Of a stretch of DNA of 36,967 nt, positions 1-10,632 are shown one piece after another. How positions within the stretch are numbered: position 1 is the stretch's first letter; every line of letters starts with the position of its first letter. Source of the stretch: a virus (lineage: Duplodnaviria > Caudoviricetes); the IMG/VR virus record IMGVR_UViG_3300009001_000027, positions 1 through 36,967 of that record; one strand, written 5' to 3'. The notes under the pieces are model-generated. The model was not told the origin of the DNA. It made no database searches and was given only the letters and a program-made list of their open reading frames with translations. The position numbers and the translations under genes are program-made.

Positions 1-911
1 CAGAGCAACCAGAAGCTGTTGAAACAGAGCAAGAAGATAGTGCGGACTACGAAGAAGCTGCAGAAGCTACAGAAGATGAAGTTGTTGATGCAGAAGATGT
101 AGAAGTTGAAGACGGTGAAGAAGAAGTTGAGTATGAGGAAGAGGAGCTTGAAGAACCTCAACGCTTTACAGTAAAAGCTGCAGGCGAAGAGAAAGAAGTC
201 ACCCTAGAAGAACTCATGCAAGGCTATCAACTTGGTGCTGATTACACAAAAAAGACTCAAGAAGTTGCTGAACAACGCAAAGCAGTAGAAGCGGAAGCAA
301 AAGCAGTTCAAGAGGCTAAACAAGTTAGGGATACTTATGCTCAACGGCTACAAGCTATTGAACAGTTTTTGACATCAGGTCAAGACAGTCCAGAAGATCT
401 AGCTGTAATGAAGGAAAACGACCCAATAGGATACGCAGTCAAAGTTGCAGAATTGACTGAGAAAAAAGAACAGTTAGCACAAGTTCGTGCTGAACAACAA
501 CGCATTGCCCAACAGCAACAAGCGGAGCATCAGCAGACAATGGCTCAACGAGTTCAACAGGAAGCAACAAAACTTTCACAAGTCCTACCAGAGTTTTCAG
601 ACCCAGCCAAAGGCGAACAAATCAGAAATGAGATTCGTAACTACGGTAAGAGTGTAGGTTTTACAGACAATGAGTTATCACAAGTATACGACTCTCGTCA
701 TGTATTAATGCTACACAAAGCGATGATGTACGACAAACTTCAAAAATCTAAACCTCAAGTTACCAAAAAGGTTGCTCAAGCACCCAAGATGGTTAAATCA
801 GGCACAAAGGTTAAAGAAGGTGGTCGTGATGTACGCAAACAACAAATGAATAAGCTAAAGCAGTCTGGCAAAGTCAGAGATGCTGCGGCTCTTTTTGAAA
901 ACTTTATATAA
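1..911 (+). CDS. Capsid scaffolding protein (5'-truncated by window edge)
   Basis: Frame is open from base 3 (acidic EQPEAVETEQED...FTVKAAGEEKEVTLEELMQGY), so the ATG at 216 is internal. Q/E-rich coiled coil, C-terminal 'DAAALFENFI', directly upstream of the capsid gene. Confidence 0.85.
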   Translation, partial: EQPEAVETEQEDSADYEEAAEATEDEVVDAEDVEVEDGEEEVEYEEEELEEPQRFTVKAAGEEKEVTLEELMQGYQLGADYTKKTQEVAEQRKAVEAEAKAVQEAKQVRDTYAQRLQAIEQFLTSGQDSPEDLAVMKENDPIGYAVKVAELTEKKEQLAQVRAEQQRIAQQQQAEHQQTMAQRVQQEATKLSQVLPEFSDPAKGEQIRNEIRNYGKSVGFTDNELSQVYDSRHVLMLHKAMMYDKLQKSKPQVTKKVAQAPKMVKSGTKVKEGGRDVRKQQMNKLKQSGKVRDAAALFENFI

Positions 912-929
912 CAAGGAAGTGAATTAATC

Positions 930-1877
930 ATGGCAACATATAAAACTTATGAGTCAGTAGGTAATAGAGAAGACCTTACTGATGTTATTTACAATATCTC
1001 TCCAACCGATACACCATTTATGTCATCAGTTGGTAAAACAAAAGCAACTGCTGTTTATCACGAATGGCAAACAGATTCATTAGCTGATGCTTCAGTAGCT
1101 AACGCTGTAGTTGAAGGTGCAGATGCTTCTTCAGCAACTCTTGCTCCAACAACTCGTGTTGGTAACAGAACTCAAATCTCACAAAAAACTATCCAAATCG
1201 CTGGCACTTTAGAGTCTATCGATAAGGCTGGTCGTAAGTCAGAAAAAGCTTATCAGTTATCAAAAGCTTCTTCAGAACTTAAACGAGATATGGAAAAAAT
1301 CTTATTATCTAACCAAGCTGCTGTTACAGGTGATGCTTCTACAGCTCGTAAATTAGGTTCTTTACAAGCATGGTTGGAAACAAACTATGTGGGTGCTGGT
1401 ACAGCTGGTGCTGACGGTACTACAGCTCGTGTATCTGGTACAGATGCAGCGTTCACAGAAACAATGCTTAAGTCTGCTGTTAAACAAGCATATGAAGCAG
1501 GTGGTAACCCATCAGTTCTTATGGTAACTCCAACACAGAAACAAGTTGTTTCAGGTTTTGCTGGTATTGCTGAACAGCGTTATCAAGCTCCATCAAACAA
1601 ACCAACAACTATCGTTGGTGCTGCTGATGTTTACTTATCAGACTTTGGTACATTATCTGTTGTTCCTAACAGATTTATGTCTGCTGATGCTGATGATAAC
1701 GGTGAAGTAGCTTTTGTTCTTGATCCAGAGTACGCATCTATTGCTTACTTACGCCCATTCGCTACAAACGAATTAGCTAAAACTGGTGATAGCGAAAAAA
1801 CTCAACTTATCGTTGAATACACACTAGAAGTTAAAAACGAAGCAGCTCACGCAATTATTGCTGACCTTGCAGAGTAA
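930..1877 (+). CDS. Major capsid protein (DUF5309/SU10-like)
   Basis: N-terminal 'GNREDLTDVIYNISPTDTPF..HEWQTDSL' motif; 315 aa; follows scaffold and precedes a terminator. Confidence 0.9.
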   Translation: MATYKTYESVGNREDLTDVIYNISPTDTPFMSSVGKTKATAVYHEWQTDSLADASVANAVVEGADASSATLAPTTRVGNRTQISQKTIQIAGTLESIDKAGRKSEKAYQLSKASSELKRDMEKILLSNQAAVTGDASTARKLGSLQAWLETNYVGAGTAGADGTTARVSGTDAAFTETMLKSAVKQAYEAGGNPSVLMVTPTQKQVVSGFAGIAEQRYQAPSNKPTTIVGAADVYLSDFGTLSVVPNRFMSADADDNGEVAFVLDPEYASIAYLRPFATNELAKTGDSEKTQLIVEYTLEVKNEAAHAIIADLAE

Positions 1878-1887
1878 TACGGTTAAT

Positions 1888-1907
1888 AGCCCTCTTCGGA
1901 GGGCTTT
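1888..1907 (+). terminator. Intrinsic terminator after capsid gene
   Basis: AGCCCTC-TTCG-GAGGGCT stem with C(UUCG)G tetraloop, short T-run. Confidence 0.75.
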
Positions 1908-1924
1908 ACCCTTTTAGGATTATT

Positions 1925-2242
1925 ATGGCAAAACTATTAGAAAAAGATAACATTAGAGACAAAGTAGCACATAGCACCGATGACGGTGGTTTAGTCATTG
2001 AGACTGCACAAGATGTATCTGAAATTATTGAACAGAACAAAAAAGAATACAACGCAACAAATGGTCGTTGGGGTGAAGATGTCTTTGACAATAAGATAGC
2101 TTCTATTCCACTAACTGTCATAGACACATTAAATAAAGAAGGCATCATGAGAGGCTTTCATGTATTAGATCAAAAAAAGTTTAGAGCATGGCTCAACAAC
2201 CCAGACAACCGTTTCTTTAGAACACGACAAGGTAAAGTATAA
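1925..2242 (+). CDS. Phage hypothetical protein of head module
   Basis: 105-aa ORF with RBS (AGGA), TAATG-coupled to the next gene. Confidence 0.7.
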   Translation: MAKLLEKDNIRDKVAHSTDDGGLVIETAQDVSEIIEQNKKEYNATNGRWGEDVFDNKIASIPLTVIDTLNKEGIMRGFHVLDQKKFRAWLNNPDNRFFRTRQGKV

Positions 2243-2862
2243 TGGCATTTACTACATACACAGAATTAAAGAACACAATAGCAGACTATCTTGCTCGTAG
2301 TGATCTTACGACACAGATACCTGACTTTGTTCGTTTAGCAGAAGCTAGATTAGCTAGAGACTTAAGATTAAGACAAATGCTAAAAGTGGCAACTGCAACA
2401 ACAACGGCTGATGATTCTACTGTATCTTTACCTGCTGACTTTCTTGCAATGAAAGATCTACATTTAGATACTAACCCAGTTCGTGTATTACAGTTTCAAA
2501 ACACATCTAACTTCTTTAGAAACGCTAGAACAACAGACAAAGGTGTACCTACCATGTACACACTATTAGGAAGTGAGTTTCAATTTGCTCCATATCCTGA
2601 TGCAGAATATACATTAAGAATGGTGTATTACTACAAGCCTGAAATACTATCAGACAGTAACGCATCTAACCTATTTTTAGCGAATTGCCCAGACTTACTT
2701 TTATATGGTGCATTAGCTGAAGCAGAACCTTATCTTATGAACGATGAACGATTAGCAACATGGTCAGCGTTATATGATCGAGGTCTAGCATCATTAAGAG
2801 CAAGTGATGATGATAGCGAATATCCATCTTCTCCTATGTCAATAACATTATCAACGAGGTAA
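2242..2862 (+). CDS. Head-tail adaptor / tail tubular protein A-like
   Basis: 'TYTELKNTIADYLARSDLT..IPDFVRLAE', 'PDLLLYGALAEA' pattern; position after capsid. Confidence 0.7.
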   Translation: MAFTTYTELKNTIADYLARSDLTTQIPDFVRLAEARLARDLRLRQMLKVATATTTADDSTVSLPADFLAMKDLHLDTNPVRVLQFQNTSNFFRNARTTDKGVPTMYTLLGSEFQFAPYPDAEYTLRMVYYYKPEILSDSNASNLFLANCPDLLLYGALAEAEPYLMNDERLATWSALYDRGLASLRASDDDSEYPSSPMSITLSTR

Positions 2863-2868
2863 ACAACA

Positions 2869-3255
2869 ATGGCTGAATTTAGTAATTATTTAGAGAACGC
2901 ACTTATCAACGCAGTTCTCCGTAACACATCATACACATCACCAGCAACAGTGTATGTATCTTTATATACAACAGATCCAACAGATGCTGATTCTGGTACA
3001 GAAGTATCAGGTGGTTCATACGCAAGAACAGCAGTAACCTTTGGTGCACCATCTAACGGTGTAACAACTAACAGTGCTGATGTAACCTTTCCCACAAGCA
3101 CTTCAAGCTGGGGCAGTGTCACTCACATAGGCATACATGATGCCTCTACAAGTGGTAACTTATTATTCCACACACCACTCGACACAGCTAAAACAATAGA
3201 CTCTGGTGACATATTTAAAATAGAAACAGGCAACTTATCAGTAACATTAGCTTAA
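2869..3255 (+). CDS. Virion structural / tail-associated protein
   Basis: 'YVSLYTTDPTDADSGTEVSGGSYAR..WGSVTHIGIHDA..GNLL', S/T/G-rich. Confidence 0.7.
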   Translation: MAEFSNYLENALINAVLRNTSYTSPATVYVSLYTTDPTDADSGTEVSGGSYARTAVTFGAPSNGVTTNSADVTFPTSTSSWGSVTHIGIHDASTSGNLLFHTPLDTAKTIDSGDIFKIETGNLSVTLA

Positions 3256-3284
3256 CGCTTACCGTTAAACGATAAAGGATAAAC

Positions 3285-4805
3285 ATGGCATTAGTCGTTA
3301 AAGATAGAGTAAAAGAAACCACCTCGACCACAGGTACAGGCACGCTTACGCTTGCAGGTGCAGTTGTTAAATTTCAGTCATTTAGTGTGGTCGGTGATGG
3401 TAATACCACATATTACGCAATCGAAAGTGGTAATGGTACAGATTGGGAAGTCGGTGTTGGTACTTACACAGCATCAGGCACAACCTTATCTCGTGACACC
3501 ATACTAGAATCTAGCAATGGTGGAGCTGCTATATCTTTAATAGGAGTATCTACTGTATTCTGTACATACCCTGCTGAACGCAGTGTTAATACTGCTGACA
3601 TAGGAACAACTATACAAGCATACGATGCAACCATACTCAAGTCAGCAGACATTGGTACAAGTGTACAAGGTTACGATGCTGATACTGCCAAGTATGATGA
3701 TGTCACTGCAAACTTTACAGGAACATTACAGAATGGTGGAAGTAATGTAATCGTTGATACAGACATTGGATCAACAGTACAAGGTTACGATGCTGATACG
3801 GCTAAATACGATGACACTACTGCTAACTTCACAGGAACATTACAGAATGGTGGTAGTAATGTATTAGTCGATACAGATATTGGATCTACTGTTCAGGGAT
3901 ATGATGCAACGATTGTAGTTGATGCTGACATCGGTGTAACTGTTCAAGGATATGATGCAGACACAGCTAAGTATGATGATGTTACTGCAAACTTCACAGG
4001 AAACTTACAACAAGGTGGTGCTAATGTAGTTGTTGATTCTGATATTGGTTCAACAGTTCAAGCCTATGATGCAGATACTACAAAGAATGATGTTGCTAAT
4101 ACTTTTACTGCTAATCAAACTATTAATGCTGACCTTGACGTAGAGGGCAACATTAATTTTGGATTGGCAAATGCAGGGCGGATATACTCCACAGACGGAA
4201 CTAGGGGAAGTATTCAAATTTCTGCCCCAAATGATGCAACAAACCGTAGAGTAACTTATGGCAACAACTATTATTTAGATTCTGATAATACATATAAGCA
4301 AGCATCGACAGTTATTGGTGGTTCTGCATTAGAAATGTCTGCTACTAATGCGGACTATGGTGAATTTTTCTTTCGCCAAAAACAAGACCCAGATGCAGGT
4401 GGAGCTGAACGAGTTGCGATAAAAATTGCCTCTACTGGTAGTGTAGGTATTAACACTGAAACTCCTTCTTATAAATTAGATGTATCAGGCATTACTCGTG
4501 CTACATCATTCCTTGAAACAGTATATGCAGTGACAGGAACAACCCCTGCTATTGCAGCAACCAATGGAAATATACAGACATGGACATTATCTGGCAACTC
4601 AACACCAACAGATAGTTTAAATGCAGGTGAAAGTATCACACTAATGATTGATGATGGTTCTGCTTACACCATTACATGGACATCTTTAGTAGACCAATGG
4701 ATTGGTGGCTCTGCTCCAACACTAGCTACTACAGGTTATACAGTAGTAGAGTTATGGAAAGTTAGTACAACAGTTTATGCTGCTTATGTTGGAGATGCTA
4801 GCTAA
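3285..4805 (+). CDS. Tail fibre protein with internal repeats
   Basis: N-terminal 'ALVVKDRVKETTSTTGTGT', internal DIGxxVQxYD repeats, C-terminal 'W.GGSAPTLATTG' domain. Confidence 0.75.
   Translation: MALVVKDRVKETTSTTGTGTLTLAGAVVKFQSFSVVGDGNTTYYAIESGNGTDWEVGVGTYTASGTTLSRDTILESSNGGAAISLIGVSTVFCTYPAERSVNTADIGTTIQAYDATILKSADIGTSVQGYDADTAKYDDVTANFTGTLQNGGSNVIVDTDIGSTVQGYDADTAKYDDTTANFTGTLQNGGSNVLVDTDIGSTVQGYDATIVVDADIGVTVQGYDADTAKYDDVTANFTGNLQQGGANVVVDSDIGSTVQAYDADTTKNDVANTFTANQTINADLDVEGNINFGLANAGRIYSTDGTRGSIQISAPNDATNRRVTYGNNYYLDSDNTYKQASTVIGGSALEMSATNADYGEFFFRQKQDPDAGGAERVAIKIASTGSVGINTETPSYKLDVSGITRATSFLETVYAVTGTTPAIAATNGNIQTWTLSGNSTPTDSLNAGESITLMIDDGSAYTITWTSLVDQWIGGSAPTLATTGYTVVELWKVSTTVYAAYVGDAS
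3597..4085 (+). repeat. Coding tandem repeats of 51 bp and 114 bp
   Basis: DIGxx(V/I)QxYD units start at 3597, 3648, 3762, 3876, 3927 and 4041 (17-38-38-17-38 aa, then a partial unit). Confidence 0.9.
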
Positions 4806-6103
4806 TGAGTAGATTGGCACATGGGTTAAGATCAGCCGCAGGTAACGCTGGTGGAGATGAAGTAAATGTTGCATATACTAGCTTCTCAACTCTATCAGAT
4901 GTTACATCAGCTACAAAAACTTTTACTTCTGTTGATATAGGAACACCTAATGCAGATAGATATGTAATTGTAGCTTTACAGTGGGTTAATACTTCATCTA
5001 CACCAAGTATAAGCTCTGCAACAATTAATGGGGTTTCTGCATCGGTAGCTACATCTCGTAGTGTTTTTTATAATACTGCACATGGCGTATTTTTTGCTAA
5101 AGTTCCAACAGGAACTTCGGTAACTATAGTAGCTAATCTGTCAGATACAACTCTTGCAACTTATAATGAGAACATAGCAGTTTATACTATTAATACTCCT
5201 ACTTTAGGTTTAGTAAGAGACCTATCTCTATATAGTACTTCAACAAATTCAGTAGCTTTTACAGGAATATCTAGTTTTGATGATGTTACAACAAATGAAT
5301 TTTTAATAAGCAATGTAACATTAAATGGAGTTCGAGATGATATATCAGTAGATGAATTATCTGAAGATACTTATCAAACAAGTGCAACAGGAACAAATTT
5401 TTATGCAAGTTATAATAACAATACAGAGTCATTACAGGACATTGCTCCTACTTTTTCTTGGGGTGGTAGTGCTTTAAATGTTACAGCTACTATTTATAGA
5501 TTTTCTTATGCTCCATTAGACTACGAAGCAGACTTTGGAACTCCTGACTACACTATAACATCTTTTCCAAGCACAGGAACTGGAGTTGACAATGGCACTA
5601 GTAATGATGCACTAATTGCTATAGATGCTAACATTAGCTCAACTGATGATGGTGTATTAATGGAAGCAGGTGCTACTGGAACTGGATTAGCTATCGGTGT
5701 TTCTAATGAAACTTTGCGAGTAAGAGGCTATACTGGAAATACAGCATGGGGAAGTATTGATGACACATTAACAGCATATTTAGAAATAGATATATCTGAT
5801 TATACAGGAACATTTTGCACATATTATTTTGCATTTGACACGAGTGCTAGTAGACAGCTAAAAGCATATGTCCAAGTAGGCGGTAAAGGAAGTGCGTATG
5901 AATTAATTTTGTTAGGAACAGACTTTGCAACTTCAGCTACTGGTTCTATTTATGGAGTAAACACCAAAGGTTATGGACAAGTTGGTAGTGTTATAACAAA
6001 TATTGGAACTGATTATGAAGTAAACTTTACTGGGACAATAAATGAAATTAGATACTGGGCTGAAGATGCTGCATTAGATGTGTCAACTTTTGGAACATTA
6101 TAA
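4805..6103 (+). CDS. Tail/receptor-binding structural protein
   Basis: S/T-rich beta-type composition; C-terminal 'NFTGTINEIRYW' resembles LamG/concanavalin-like ends; lies in tail cluster. Confidence 0.6.
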   Translation: MSRLAHGLRSAAGNAGGDEVNVAYTSFSTLSDVTSATKTFTSVDIGTPNADRYVIVALQWVNTSSTPSISSATINGVSASVATSRSVFYNTAHGVFFAKVPTGTSVTIVANLSDTTLATYNENIAVYTINTPTLGLVRDLSLYSTSTNSVAFTGISSFDDVTTNEFLISNVTLNGVRDDISVDELSEDTYQTSATGTNFYASYNNNTESLQDIAPTFSWGGSALNVTATIYRFSYAPLDYEADFGTPDYTITSFPSTGTGVDNGTSNDALIAIDANISSTDDGVLMEAGATGTGLAIGVSNETLRVRGYTGNTAWGSIDDTLTAYLEIDISDYTGTFCTYYFAFDTSASRQLKAYVQVGGKGSAYELILLGTDFATSATGSIYGVNTKGYGQVGSVITNIGTDYEVNFTGTINEIRYWAEDAALDVSTFGTL

Positions 6104-6112
6104 GGAAATTAA

Positions 6113-6562
6113 ATGTTTATTAAAATTACAAACGATGAACCTAAAAAATACACAATAGGTCAACTTCGTCACGATAATCCTAATGTCTCTTTTCCTAAAG
6201 AGATTCCGTTAGACACTTTAGCAGAATATAATGTATACCCATGCACATTAGCTGAAAAACCTACATACAATAATGCAACACAATATATAACAAAGGGTAT
6301 ACCTGTAGAAGTTAATGGAGCTTGGATACAGCCTTACGATATTCATGATTACACAGCAGAAGAAATTATAGAAAGAGAACAACAAGAAGCAACGGAAGTA
6401 AGAGCAAAAAGAAATCAATTACTCAAAGATTCAGACTGGACTCAAATCCCAGATTGCACAGTAGATAAAACAGTATGGGCAACATATCGACAAGAATTAC
6501 GAGATATTACAACTCAAGAAGGTTTCCCATTTAATGTAACATTTCCTACGAAACCTGAATAA
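6113..6562 (+). CDS. Tail fibre assembly chaperone
   Basis: 'VRAKRNQLLKDSDWTQIPD..WATYRQELRDITTQEGFP..FPTKP' motif. Confidence 0.85.
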   Translation: MFIKITNDEPKKYTIGQLRHDNPNVSFPKEIPLDTLAEYNVYPCTLAEKPTYNNATQYITKGIPVEVNGAWIQPYDIHDYTAEEIIEREQQEATEVRAKRNQLLKDSDWTQIPDCTVDKTVWATYRQELRDITTQEGFPFNVTFPTKPE

Positions 6563-7221
6563 TGTTTGGATTTAGTTCATTTTCAGCAAATAGCTTTTCT
6601 ACATTACCTATTGATTCGCCTGTTAAGTTAGGTGAGGCAAGTATTACAGCAGATGCTAGTATCTCTGTTAATGGTTATCGTATACAACATTTTGCAGGAA
6701 ACATTACCGCTAATGGTGATGCTACCGCTATTGGTTATCGTGTTAAACAAAGTAGTGCAGGTATTACATCTGATGCAAACATTAATGTTGATGCTTTAAG
6801 AATAAGAACAAGTAGTGCAGACATCTCTGCTTACGCTTTAGTTGATGCAGATGGATACTCTCTTGCAAGAGCTAGTGGCTCTATGTTAAGCAATGCTAAT
6901 GTTAGTGTTAATGCTGTTGCTATATACAGCAGAAATGCAGATGTTGATGCTAATGCAACTGTTACAGGTAATGCAAGAAGAATAAGAACAGTATCACCTA
7001 ATGTAAACTCTATTGCATCTGTATCATCTTTAGCAAATGCGATATGGTCAGCAGGTGGAGCAATTACATCAGAAGCATTAGTAGAAACAATAGGATATGT
7101 ACTAGGCGAAGAATGGTCAGATAGTTCAGTTGGATCAGAAACATGGTCTACTGTATCATCTGGAAACGAAGTATGGGTGGAAGATACACCTGAATCAAAC
7201 ACATGGTTACGACAAGGATAA
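6562..7221 (+). CDS. Virion structural protein
   Basis: 'MFGFSSFS..FS' N-terminus, A/S-rich quasi-repeats, Trp-spaced acidic C-terminus. Confidence 0.6.
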   Translation: MFGFSSFSANSFSTLPIDSPVKLGEASITADASISVNGYRIQHFAGNITANGDATAIGYRVKQSSAGITSDANINVDALRIRTSSADISAYALVDADGYSLARASGSMLSNANVSVNAVAIYSRNADVDANATVTGNARRIRTVSPNVNSIASVSSLANAIWSAGGAITSEALVETIGYVLGEEWSDSSVGSETWSTVSSGNEVWVEDTPESNTWLRQG

Positions 7222-7224
7222 AAC

Positions 7225-8019
7225 ATGGCAAAAACACAAATTAGTCAATATGATGCTGCATCTGCAAACAACACAGATGTAGATAATATTAATATTGCAG
7301 AAGGATGCAGTCCTAGTAACATCAATAATGCAATTCGTGAGGTAATGGCTCACCTTAAAGACTTTCAAGCAGGTAATGTTGCAGGAAACTCTTTAGCAGT
7401 TGCATCTGGTGGTACAGGTGCAGAAACTGCTGCAAATGCAAGAACTAATTTATCAGCGGCAAAATCTGGTGCTAACTCTGATATTACATCATTAACAGGT
7501 CTTACAACACCATTATCTGCTGCACAAGGTGGTACAGGCGTTACCAGTATTTCAGAATTAGTAGACTCATTAGGATTAGATACAGATGCTGATGCACAGT
7601 TTGATTCATTAGGAATAGGAACAACAGCTTCTGGAACAACAGGTGAAATTCGTGCAACAGGCAATATCACTGCATACTATTCTGATGATCGTTTAAAAAC
7701 TAGACATGGAAATATTACAGAAGCACTGAAGAAGATTAACACATTAAATGGTTTTTATTACAGTGCTAATGCAACAGCACAAGCATTAGGATATGAGTCT
7801 AAAAAAGAAGTTGGTGTATCAGCTCAAGAAGTTAATGCAATTATGCCAGAAGTTATATCACCAGCACCAATAGATGAACAATACCTTACTGTAGACTATG
7901 CAAGACTAGTCCCATTATTAATAGAGGGAGTAAAAGAATTAAATACCAAAGTTAAGCATCTGCAAAAAGAATTAGATGCTCACAAGGCTATTGAACATTG
8001 TTCTTGTAAGGAGCAGTAA
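7225..8019 (+). CDS. Tail fibre with C-terminal intramolecular chaperone (peptidase S74)
   Basis: 'YYSDDRLK', 'GVSAQEV', 'VDYARLVPLLIEGVKEL' motifs. Confidence 0.85.
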   Translation: MAKTQISQYDAASANNTDVDNINIAEGCSPSNINNAIREVMAHLKDFQAGNVAGNSLAVASGGTGAETAANARTNLSAAKSGANSDITSLTGLTTPLSAAQGGTGVTSISELVDSLGLDTDADAQFDSLGIGTTASGTTGEIRATGNITAYYSDDRLKTRHGNITEALKKINTLNGFYYSANATAQALGYESKKEVGVSAQEVNAIMPEVISPAPIDEQYLTVDYARLVPLLIEGVKELNTKVKHLQKELDAHKAIEHCSCKEQ

Positions 8020-8020
8020 T

Positions 8021-9205
8021 ATGACATTGCAGGCTAGTGGAACAATCAGTCTTAATGATGTTAATTTAGAGTTAAGAAATGCCTCATTATCAGAGTTTTC
8101 TGTTAATAGTGAAGAATCTAGAGGTCTATCTCAAAAAGCTACTGGTGCAATATCCTTCTCTAATTACTATGGTAGATCATTTGACTTTCTTGGTCAGGAA
8201 GAGTTTACGACTACAGGACTCCATACATGGGTATGCCCACAAAAAGTAAACACTGTTCACGCTGTATGTGTTGGTGGTGGTGGCGGTGGTTCTGGTTCTG
8301 GTGATGGTGGTGATGGAGGTGGTGGCGGAGGTCTTGGATGGAAAAACAATATCTCTGTCACTGCTGGAGAAACATACTATGTTTATGTTGGCATTGGTGG
8401 AAACCCAAATAGTTTGGTTGATGGTGTAGGTAGTATATTTATTACTACAGATGCTTTTGAAATATCATCATTTTCTGTTGCTTCTAATGTTGTTACTGTA
8501 AATACAAGTTCTGCACATAGTTTTGAAACAGGAGATACTGTTTCTGTAGACTGTTCATTTAGAGAAATTAACGGCACATTTACTATTACCAAAGTTGATG
8601 AAGATACATTTACATACTCTAAAACATTTCAAGATTACAGTGAATTATCTGTAACAGGTGTATGTTTTGAAGGAAACATTATTGTTAGAGGTGGTGGTGG
8701 AGATTCAGGATTAACTACATTTGGTGGATTCTCATCTCCAAACAACACTATGGTAGGTGGAACATTTAACGGTGACGGTGGTGGCAATGGTGCTACTAAA
8801 TCTTATCGTGATGCTTCTACTGCTGGCGGTGGTGGTGGAGCAGGTGGTTATGACGGCAATGGTGGTTCTGAAACTGGCGGTGCTGGTGGTAACGGTGCAT
8901 CATCTAACTATCGTGGAGGTGGCGGTGGCGGTGTAGGTATCTATGGCGAAGGTGCATCAGGTGCTAATGTCGGATCATATTCTGGTGGTGGCTATGGTGG
9001 CTCTGGAGGATCAAGAGGTGGCACACACGATTGTAACACTGGAGACTGTGGAAGAGGTGGCTCGTATGGTGGTGGCGGTGGTGGTCACGACTCATACAGT
9101 GCAGCTTCTGGGTATCAAGGTGCAGTAAGACTTATCTGGGGATCAACAAGGGCTTTCCCAGCAACACAAACAGAAGATGTAACAGAAGGCGGAGTGTATA
9201 GCTAA
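8021..9205 (+). CDS. Glycine-rich tail protein
   Basis: Likely start ATG 8021 (AAGGAG RBS; MTLQASGTISL); 'AVCVGGGGGG' and many poly-Gly runs; 'GAVRLIW' end motif. Confidence 0.75.
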   Translation: MTLQASGTISLNDVNLELRNASLSEFSVNSEESRGLSQKATGAISFSNYYGRSFDFLGQEEFTTTGLHTWVCPQKVNTVHAVCVGGGGGGSGSGDGGDGGGGGGLGWKNNISVTAGETYYVYVGIGGNPNSLVDGVGSIFITTDAFEISSFSVASNVVTVNTSSAHSFETGDTVSVDCSFREINGTFTITKVDEDTFTYSKTFQDYSELSVTGVCFEGNIIVRGGGGDSGLTTFGGFSSPNNTMVGGTFNGDGGGNGATKSYRDASTAGGGGGAGGYDGNGGSETGGAGGNGASSNYRGGGGGGVGIYGEGASGANVGSYSGGGYGGSGGSRGGTHDCNTGDCGRGGSYGGGGGGHDSYSAASGYQGAVRLIWGSTRAFPATQTEDVTEGGVYS

Positions 9206-10632
9206 TGACAGCACAAAGAGTACAATTTACTGAATGGTTGCCAGATCAGCCATCAGTGACATCATTAAGAGATGCTAAAAATGTATACCCAACTTCTGTA
9301 GGATACGCACCATTTCCTAATGCAGAAGAATACTCAAATGCAGCATCAGAAAATATATCTAGTATTACTGTAGGTAAGTTTGGTAACGATGTTGCTTTAA
9401 TTGCTGGTGGTAATACCAAGTTATTTAAGTTTGATTCTTCTGATCTATCAGTTAATGATATATCTAAATCAGGTGGATATTCTAGTTCTGAAAGATGGAA
9501 GTTTACACAGTTTGGAAGTATTATATTAGCCGCTAATAACGCATCTAAAATACAAGCATACGACATTGCATCAGGATCTACATTTGATGATGTATCTGCA
9601 AATGCACCTGTAGCTAAATATGTCACTGTAGTGCGTGACTTTGTAGTAGCAGCTAATATTGCTGGTGGTGCAGAGCCTAACAAGGTGCAATGGTCTGATA
9701 TTAACGATGAAACAAATTGGGTATCTGGAACTACATCCCAGTCAGATTATCAAATTGTTCCTGACGGTGGTAACATTACTGGATTAACAGGTGGCGAGAT
9801 TGGACTAGTGTTTTTAGAAAAATCTATCGTTCGTATGACATATGCTGGATCACCATTGTTCTTCCAGTTTGATGTTATCTCAAGAGGTCTAGGTTGTATT
9901 AATGGTAACTCTATTGCACAGTATGGTGCTACATCATTCTTCTTATCTGATGACGGATTTTACCAATGTGATGGTCAAACAGTCACAGGAATTGGTACAG
10001 AAAAAGTAGATAGATATTTTTATAACGATGCAGATTTAACTGAACTAGATACAATGTCTGCTGCTGTAGACCCTATCAAAAAATTAGTGGTATGGAATTA
10101 TGCTAATGTAGATGGTGGTCGTAGCATCATTATTTATAACTGGCAGTTAAGCAAATGGTCAAGAGCAATAACAGAAACAACATCTGTTGGTAATGCAGCA
10201 ACAACTGGTACAACTTTAGAAGGATTATCTTTGTTGTATCCTAACCTAGATAATATGCCTGCATCACTTGATGATCGATTATGGATTGGTGGTAAGTTCT
10301 TATTTGCTGGAACAAAGAATGATAAGATTGTGACCTTTACAGGATCTACTTACAATTCAGAATTAATAACTCCTGATTTAGAAGTAGGGTACAACTCTGT
10401 AGCAACATTAGTTAGACCACAAATAGATAATGGATCTGCAACTATTAAAGTAGCATCAAGAAGAGAATTAGATGATAACATTCAATTTGGATCTTCTGTA
10501 AGCACTTCATCAGAAGGTCGTGCTAGTGTTCGTAGTGCAGGAAGGTATCATCGTTTCTCTGTAAGCCCTACTGGTAACTGGACTAATGCTATTAGTATAG
10601 ATGTAGACCTCAAACCTCAAGGTAGTAGATAA
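9205..10632 (+). CDS. Tail nozzle / DNA stabilisation protein (tubular B or P22 gp10-like)
   Basis: 475 aa, 'FTEWLPDQP', 'VQWSDINDETNW', beta-rich; expected position in a podovirus tail module. Confidence 0.7.
   Translation: MTAQRVQFTEWLPDQPSVTSLRDAKNVYPTSVGYAPFPNAEEYSNAASENISSITVGKFGNDVALIAGGNTKLFKFDSSDLSVNDISKSGGYSSSERWKFTQFGSIILAANNASKIQAYDIASGSTFDDVSANAPVAKYVTVVRDFVVAANIAGGAEPNKVQWSDINDETNWVSGTTSQSDYQIVPDGGNITGLTGGEIGLVFLEKSIVRMTYAGSPLFFQFDVISRGLGCINGNSIAQYGATSFFLSDDGFYQCDGQTVTGIGTEKVDRYFYNDADLTELDTMSAAVDPIKKLVVWNYANVDGGRSIIIYNWQLSKWSRAITETTSVGNAATTGTTLEGLSLLYPNLDNMPASLDDRLWIGGKFLFAGTKNDKIVTFTGSTYNSELITPDLEVGYNSVATLVRPQIDNGSATIKVASRRELDDNIQFGSSVSTSSEGRASVRSAGRYHRFSVSPTGNWTNAISIDVDLKPQGSR

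Noticed and set aside
3597-4085. Repeat array as a CRISPR array or DGR template/variable pair
   Set aside because: Repeats are in-frame, degenerate at synonymous sites, lack unique spacers, and no cas or reverse transcriptase gene is present.
8270-9090. GGTGGT-rich tracts as DNA repeats or G-quadruplex elements
   Set aside because: Explained by poly-glycine codons in a tail protein.
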